From Okeania sp. (GTDB taxonomy: Bacteria > Cyanobacteriota > Cyanobacteriia > Cyanobacteriales > Microcoleaceae): a stretch of 32,000 bases of DNA. The notes below the pieces were generated by a model. It was given only the letters and a program-made list of their open reading frames with translations, did no database searches and was not told the origin of the DNA. The translations under genes and the position numbers were made by a program. The stretch's first letter is position 1; each line of letters opens with the position of its first letter. Of this stretch, positions 27,601 through 32,000 are shown piece by piece. Where the stretch lies: positions 30,001 to 62,000 of the forward strand of contig NZ_JAYKGW010000042.1 of the NCBI RefSeq assembly GCF_035285525.1, given 5' to 3'.

Positions 27601-28283
27601 TTCCAAACCCAATGACCAAATATGGGGTAAATAAAACCGGAAACTAGGAAGGTAATAAATAGATAGGCCGCAAATTTCATTCGTTCAGCTACAGCGCCAG
27701 AAACAATAGTTGTTGCTGTGCCACAGAACATGACTTGGAATAGAAATAAAGCGATATCAAAAGGTTGCAGTTCAGTTCCCAAGAAGAAATTGGTATGGCC
27801 AATTAATCCACTATAAGATGCCCCAAACATAAAGGCAAACCCAAAAGCCCAAAAACAGGCAACTGAAACACCAAAATCGGTTAAGTTTTTAATAGCAACG
27901 TTAATACTATTTTTTGACCTAGTAAGTCCGGATTCTAAACACATAAATCCAGGCTGCATGAGAAATACTAATCCAGAGCAAAGTAATATCCACAAAATAT
28001 CAATTGTTTGATATGTAAGTTCAGATTCTGAGGTTAATATATTATTGTTAAATTTGGATTTATTTTTTCTTTTAATAACAGTTTGGGGATTATAGTATAA
28101 ATTTGTGGATTTAATTAAATATTCTTCTGGTGAAAGTTGAGATTTTTTCCATTCTTTGACTTCTTTTGTATTAGTTATTTGCTGATAATTATTTGTATGT
28201 TTATTGATTGGCGACCCTTGTAAAATGGTTAATGTTAGAGTCAGAAAGAATATAATAATTCCTAAAATATATTTTCGAGGCAT
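24672..28283 (-). CDS. Amt ammonium-transporter domain fused to three PAS modules and a class III adenylate/guanylate cyclase domain
   Basis: A single uninterrupted 1203-aa ORF. aa 1-23 form a signal/TM segment. aa 93-486 form the Amt domain (LMQPGFMCLESG, DFAGSTVVH, WFGFNGGS, DDAVGAIPVH, and the Amt-type C-terminus RVSREDEYIGLNVSEHN). aa 535-985 form PAS/PAC modules, each ending in an RDI(S/T)(Q/E)RK coiled-coil linker. aa 1018-1195 form the cyclase domain (VLFADLVGFT, KTIGDAYM, YDLWGDTVNIASRME). A HIP1 site is at 25006-25013. Confidence 0.92.
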   Translation of the reverse strand: MPRKYILGIIIFFLTLTLTILQGSPINKHTNNYQQITNTKEVKEWKKSQLSPEEYLIKSTNLYYNPQTVIKRKNKSKFNNNILTSESELTYQTIDILWILLCSGLVFLMQPGFMCLESGLTRSKNSINVAIKNLTDFGVSVACFWAFGFAFMFGASYSGLIGHTNFFLGTELQPFDIALFLFQVMFCGTATTIVSGAVAERMKFAAYLFITFLVSGFIYPIFGHWVWNGVNAGISTGWLGQRGFIDFAGSTVVHSIGGWVSLAALFVIGPRTGRFPPDRPPQKIHGSNLPLSVLGAMLIWFGWFGFNGGSTLVLNEQVADIIVNTVLASVAGMMVTLGISWYIVGIPTAELLINGTLAGLVAITASCHAVTAFSAVVIGAIGSIVSIVVGHALEKIQIDDAVGAIPVHLGAGIWGTLAVALFAKREVLDTGLSFSQQLTVQLLGICTAFILGFCVVYPILLITNKFFLFRVSREDEYIGLNVSEHNAKTEILDFFEVMNSQARNQDLSLRVPVEPFTEVGQIAERYNQVMDALEEVTARNDAIIKVAKDGIITFSKSGLEIISANPSVEKIFGYKSEELVGIPVVKILDFTINPLTMEKINGHDLFPSVNKSILEPLNFWVYPSFIFSPNQEIGDVYYRFNNEDIKPENWQSYFPNFLHLAESNSADIQTDLEAEKKSNQKKYYIEFLISNIAETGNLYELVGIRKDGSLFPMEIAIREAKLNQIKFYTGTFRDISQRKKAEVKLRENEKRFRSLSTATFEAIIIHELGEIVDANSAALQMFQYELSEMIGMNGLELIDSKYQDLVRQNLSSGYEKPYEVFGLRKDRSTFPIEIEAKKFFYHGNQHKVTAIRDITERKLAQAALRESEEKFRAIMEQAADAFIIHDLQGKIIDVNQIASQSLGYTRAELLNLYIQDIEVNLSEEIEQKWQELIPGLPITIQKIHKCQNGKTFPVEIRRGLLQAGNSNLILALCRDITERKKTEQALLLEQEKSEKLLLNIFPKPIADKLKENQEIIAEDFAEVTVLFADLVGFTELASSVHPEQLVYWLNEIFSRFDLLAEKYNLEKIKTIGDAYMVVGGLPQPMKNHTEAIALMALDILKEVEHFTNEHQRDFRIRIGINTGPVVAGVIGRKKFIYDLWGDTVNIASRMESHGIPGLIQVTENTYRILQHKFLFTERGFIDIKGKGKMKAYILQGKGVGSRE

Positions 28284-28979
28284 AGATACGGTTCCCGAAA
28301 AATCGGGGCTTTTTTTAGATATTTTTTAAGTTAATTTTGTGGTCAGGATTCAGCGGTTAGTTATTAGGTATCAGTTACTCAAAAAGTAGAGATAAAAAGT
28401 TGGAATTAGTGTGGAGAATACACAAGTCCTGATATTGAAGTAAGTTGGATAAATTCTCTGAGGATAAAGTTGATTATGTATCCGATATTTTTTACTTCAA
28501 TGGTAATAGAGAATATTGTTCCCAAAAGTAAAGATCGCCAGAGATTAAATGATTAAGAATAATGTATATAATATGTGATTTTACTTATGATGGGTCTAGT
28601 TTTTATGATGTAAAACTCTTGGTTCAAAGAGGTTTATATTACAAAATAAAGTGCTGTAGATTCAGCACTTTCCGTTATTATGAGAGATACAATCGGGGGC
28701 AAGATGCGCCCACTACAAAACTTTCACTATTTACCCTATACCTCATTTGTCCGAAATATGCTGTAAAACCTACTTATCAATATATCATATTGTTAGTCGA
28801 TATTTCTCACTTCAAAAGTAATATCAGACATTTTTTTAGGAAGAAATTTAATTAGAGGCTGAGTTATTAAGAATAAAGTTTATAGTTCCTATGTAGTATG
28901 TAATTTCCCTTAAGAATATCATATCTGTTAGTATTGATTGTGTAAAAGCCGACAAAACAGTTAACTGATAACTGAAAAA

Positions 28980-29173
28980 GGGGGGGCGGGTTTTTTTCAG
29001 TTGATGAACTTTTCTTAAATCCCTGGTGAAACCCGCTGAGGGGGCGGGTTTTTTTCAGTTGATGAACCTTTCTTAAATCCCTGGTGAAACCCGCCCCTAC
29101 ATTCCCTGGTGAAACCCGCCCCTACAGTCCCTGGGGAAACCCGCCCCTACATTCCCTGGGGAAACCCGCTTAG
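28980..29173 (+). repeat. compound tandem array built on the AAACCCGCCCCTAC motif
   Basis: There are two 58-nt units (GGGGCGGGTTTTTTTCAGTTGATGAAC.TTTCTTAAATCCCTGGTGAAACCCGC..). These are followed by 25-nt units CCCTGG(T/G)GAAACCCGCCCCTACA(T/G)T at 29079, 29104, 29129 and 29154 (the last is truncated). The array is flanked on both sides by (GATAACT)n. Confidence 0.9.
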
Positions 29174-29208
29174 TTATTTCAGGGCGATCACTACTTTTGG
29201 GAATCAAA

Positions 29209-29230
29209 GATAACTGATAACTGATAACTG
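29209..29230. repeat. heptamer tandem repeat (GATAACT) x 3
   Basis: Direct reading. Confidence 0.9.
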
Positions 29231-29272
29231 AAAAGCAATCAGCGATTTTAATACTTTTCGCTGATTGCTTTT
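29231..29272. terminator. 15-bp hairpin, candidate terminator of the PG-binding protein gene
   Basis: AAAAGCAATCAGCGA (29231-29245) / TCGCTGATTGCTTTT (29258-29272) with a 12-nt loop and a T-run at the 3' end on both strands. It lies 225 nt downstream of the stop at 29497. Confidence 0.5.
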
Positions 29273-29496
29273 CATGCCATTCTTATGTAAAGCTGCACAG
29301 AATTATTAACTTTTTAATTTATCTATAATTTTATCTGCAGTTATTTATAATAATCATTTATTCTATGCAACTTCATATTCAATTGGTATTATTAAAGTTG
29401 ACATATTTTGACTGGAATTATGGTCTGAAAATATCAAAAAATCAACTTCAGTATTTTTCTAATTTAAGCCGGAAATGCTAATAACTGAAATGACTT

Positions 29497-30447
29497 TTAA
29501 TTGTTACTAAAAGCTTCCCAGGTTTTTTCGTTAACTATTCCATCAATCTCTATTCCTTGAGATTTTTGAAATTCTTTGACTGCTGCTACAGTTTTCATGC
29601 CAAATATTCCGTCGATTGGTCCTGGATTAAAACCCATTGTTTCCAGACGAAGTTGTAAAGTTTTGACTTTAGACCCCCTGTCACCTTTAGCTAATATCTT
29701 GTCTGTTTCGACTACTTGGTTTTGCTTGGGAGTCGTTGCTTTTGCTATTTCAGGAGATGGTTGAGAAACTATCGGTGGTGTTTCTCTTTGTATAGGTAAA
29801 GCAGGAGCTATCGGTAATTCTTCTTTAAAAGGTGGGGGAGAAACTATCGGTGATTTTTCTTGAATAGGTGAACGAGAAACTATTGATGGCGTTTCTCTTT
29901 CCAGAGGTGAACGAGAGACCAATGAAGGTTTAGCTAGAGATGTCCAAGTAATTTCATCAACTATACCTGTGACAGTCAAACCCGCAGACTCTTGAAAATC
30001 TTTTACTGTTTTTGTTGTCCGGGCACCAAATACACTATCTATAGTACCTGGATCAAAACCTCTTGCTTGCAAACGTCTTTGTACTGCCCAGACTTCAGCA
30101 CCTCGATCGCCTTCTGATATATTCTTTTGGTTTGTTTGTTTTTGAGGAACTCCAGAATAGAAAGGTTTAGAGAATAATTTAGTTTGAGTAGGTTGCTCAG
30201 AAAATCTAGAATTTCCAGGAATTAAAGGTATTAGAAAATTTTGATTTTTGGGTTTTTCTGAGAACTTAGTTTTGATTCTGTCTGTTTCACTTAAGGTAAA
30301 ATTTTTAGATTTTAATTGACTAATTAAGTTTTCTTCTTCTTCTTTAGTTAAAGACTCTGTTTTATTAGAAGCGATCGCTCTGTCGAAGTTTAAGTTAAAC
30401 AGGGCAGCTACACTTAATAGAGTCGTAATAGTAGGAACACGCATCAT
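29497..30447 (-). CDS. secreted protein with two peptidoglycan-binding (PG_binding_1-like) domains
   Basis: 316 aa. It has a signal-like N-terminus (MMRVPTITTLLSVAALF). Two copies of the GDRG..V..LQ.RL...GF.PG.IDG.FG..T..AV..FQ motif occur at aa 113-170 and 255-312, separated by a Pro/Ser-rich repeat linker. A HIP1 site is at 30371-30378. Confidence 0.85.
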   Translation of the reverse strand: MMRVPTITTLLSVAALFNLNFDRAIASNKTESLTKEEEENLISQLKSKNFTLSETDRIKTKFSEKPKNQNFLIPLIPGNSRFSEQPTQTKLFSKPFYSGVPQKQTNQKNISEGDRGAEVWAVQRRLQARGFDPGTIDSVFGARTTKTVKDFQESAGLTVTGIVDEITWTSLAKPSLVSRSPLERETPSIVSRSPIQEKSPIVSPPPFKEELPIAPALPIQRETPPIVSQPSPEIAKATTPKQNQVVETDKILAKGDRGSKVKTLQLRLETMGFNPGPIDGIFGMKTVAAVKEFQKSQGIEIDGIVNEKTWEAFSNN

Positions 30448-30478
30448 AATAATTTGGTTGTGATGGTTAATGTTTTTG

Positions 30479-30674
30479 TAAGCAGTCAGCTATCAGCTAT
30501 CAGCTATCAGCTTTTTAGTTAACAACTAGAGCTACTCGTTTTACTGCTTCAAGTATCTGTTTGAAAATTTAGTAGCAGTTAAACAAATTATTGCTTCATT
30601 AATGAAAAAGCTATTAATGAAGTTCCTCCAAAGGAAGCTACCTGACTGCTAATAGCTGATGACTGAATGCTTAC
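30479..30674. mobile_element. GTAAGCA-TIR MITE family, full copy
   Basis: GTAAGCAGTCAGC(TATCAGC)x3...CTGACTGCTAATAGCTGATGACTGAATGCTTAC, 196 nt. It lies 31 nt upstream of the PG-binding protein start codon. Confidence 0.8.
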
Positions 30675-31038
30675 TTTTACAATTCAGACTTTAGTTACAA
30701 TTAGTTAAGACAAAAAAACACTACAGTTACATTGTTCATATTATCATCTTCTATAAATTTTCCAATAACATAAGAAGTTTTTTTGTACATTATTGCTAAT
30801 TACTTCCAGTTAATCTAATTATCCGGAATGTGTCATTACAGCCTTACTTGTTGTTACCCCCTGGGTATGTCATACCAATTTCTAATTTGTAAGCATTTCC
30901 TGCGGAATGCGCTCCCATTGAGCTATTAGCATTCAACTTTTAGATATTGTCAGGAATTAAGTAAGACTTGCTGATTAAATCTAAAAGTATTCATAGATAA
31001 ATATTTCACTATTTTTAGGGTCTGATTTCTCCGGAACC

Positions 31039-31170
31039 GTCATTTCAGTTATCAGTTATCAGTTATCAGTAGAGAGTGAATCTCCGGCTTTAGTCGGAGG
31101 CTTGAAATACTGAATTAAGTGTTTTTTAATCTCCGAACAAAAGGAAGCTTTATACCTAATTTTTTAGTAA
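31039..31170 (+). repeat. TAAA-hairpin interspersed element, most complete copy
   Basis: GTCATTTCAG + (TTATCAG)x3 + TAGAGAGTGAA + hairpin CTCCGGC-TTTA-GTCGGAG (31082-31099) + CTTGAAATACTGA...GCTTTATACCTAATTTTTTAGTAA. Confidence 0.85.
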
Positions 31171-31292
31171 AAATGCAACTTTTTAAACCGATAAAATTGA
31201 AAAAGTTAGCATCTTACATTAACTAAAACAGAAAAATTAAGCAACTATTTTTTCAACTATTTCCTTTGCAACACCCCGTTCATGCTTATTCT

Positions 31293-31334
31293 GTAAGGAC
31301 GTTGCAGTAAGGACGTTGCATGCAACGTCCCTAC
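31293..31334. repeat. palindrome GTAAGGACGTTGCA/TGCAACGTCCCTAC with duplicated left arm
   Basis: GTAAGGACGTTGCA occurs at 31293-31306 and again at 31307-31320, followed by TGCAACGTCCCTAC at 31321-31334. Confidence 0.85.
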
Positions 31335-31469
31335 CAAGTGCAAAAAGCTTCTTCAGCAAACCCTAATTAACTCAAAGATTAGAAATCCTAATAGCTGAAT
31401 GCGAGTGCATGACCCAGGAAATACTTACATTTAATTTATAACTTTATCTGTTTTGAACGAACTTTTTAT

Positions 31470-32000
31470 TCAAGCAATAATTGCAAAATTAAGATTATAT
31501 ATATTGCTATATTTATCTTGAATGTAACTAATAAAAGGCTCAATACTTAAAGATTTACCTGTCACTTGATTTATTAATTCATTAGCAGTATACTTACGAC
31601 CATGTTGATAAATATTTTGTTTTAACAATTGACGTAGAAGAGTAAAATTACCTCGTTCAATACCAAAAGTAACTTCCGGATCAAATTTAACTATTGCTTC
31701 ATAAATTTGAGCTGCGATTAAATTCCCTAAAGCATAACCTTGAAACATTCCGCCAATCATTTCGCCATACCAATGTACATCTTGCATTACCCCTTCACTA
31801 TCATTAGCAGGAACAATTCCTAAATCTTTTTTATAACTTTCATTCCAAGCTTCAGGCAAATCTTTAACACTTAATTTACCCTCCAACATAGCTAACTCTA
31901 AATTAAATCTAATCATTACATGAAGATTGTATGTCACCTCATCAGCATCAGTACGAATAGGTGACTTTACCACCTTATTAATAGCTTGATGAAACTCGGA
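31470..32000 (-). CDS. M32 carboxypeptidase (carboxypeptidase Taq family), C-terminal part; 5' end beyond the window
   Basis: The frame stays open from 31973 to the window edge (translation SEFHQAINKVVKSPIRTDADE...). C-terminal blocks MQDVHWYGEMIGGMFQGYALGNL and GRKY match the M32 family from memory. Confidence 0.8.
   Translation of the reverse strand, partial: SEFHQAINKVVKSPIRTDADEVTYNLHVMIRFNLELAMLEGKLSVKDLPEAWNESYKKDLGIVPANDSEGVMQDVHWYGEMIGGMFQGYALGNLIAAQIYEAIVKFDPEVTFGIERGNFTLLRQLLKQNIYQHGRKYTANELINQVTGKSLSIEPFISYIQDKYSNIYNLNFAIIA

Noticed and set aside
28284-28560. NtcA-type site (GTA-N8-TAC) upstream of the Amt-cyclase gene
   Set aside because: By eye, only GTA...TAC pairs with the wrong spacing were found (for example GTATCCGATATTTTTTAC with N12). 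I have no support for NtcA control from sequence alone.
28562-28855. 97-aa ORF in the spacer upstream of the Amt-cyclase gene
   Set aside because: Its composition is Y/F/K/I-rich as expected from translating AT-rich DNA. It contains a short GC-rich repeat-like motif (GGGGGCAAGATGCGCCCAC) and has no recognisable domain or start context. I cannot exclude it completely.
28980-29173. Possible CRISPR array (regularly spaced GC-rich repeats)
   Set aside because: The units are directly adjacent (58-nt and 25-nt periods) with no unique spacers of 25-40 nt. No cas genes lie nearby, and the motif also occurs as an inverted pair at 1543-1657.

Overview
This is a chromosomal window from an AT-rich cyanobacterium. 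Supporting evidence is nine copies of the HIP1 octamer GCGATCGC, many heptamer STRR arrays and cyanobacterial gene content. Coding density is low, about 64% by summing my CDS calls, and short interspersed repeats are dense. Both features are most reminiscent of Trichodesmium-like Oscillatoriales, which is an inference and was not searched. Gene content is mostly housekeeping: a menG/ubiE methyltransferase, DUF445-like and DUF3493-like membrane proteins, and the rimP-nusA-ylxR-infB cluster on the minus strand. It also includes a large conserved membrane protein, an ACT-domain malic enzyme, argS, a CheY-like receiver, glutaminase, an SDR, tRNA-Leu(UAG), a secreted protein with two PG-binding domains, and the 3' part of an M32 carboxypeptidase. 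The stand-out gene is a 1203-aa single ORF. It fuses a complete Amt ammonium-transporter domain to three PAS modules and a class III cyclase domain with adenylate-type specificity residues, so it is a candidate ammonium transceptor feeding cAMP signalling. The second theme is non-coding. At least six families of short repeats or MITE-like elements, plus heptamer arrays, fill almost all intergenic space. They split the normally compact rimP-nusA-ylxR-infB cluster with 400-700 nt spacers. They also sit within a few nucleotides of start codons or supply stop codons. I saw no CRISPR array, rRNA, transposase, integrase, phage or defence genes. All family assignments are from motif recognition by eye and memory, and nothing was searched.
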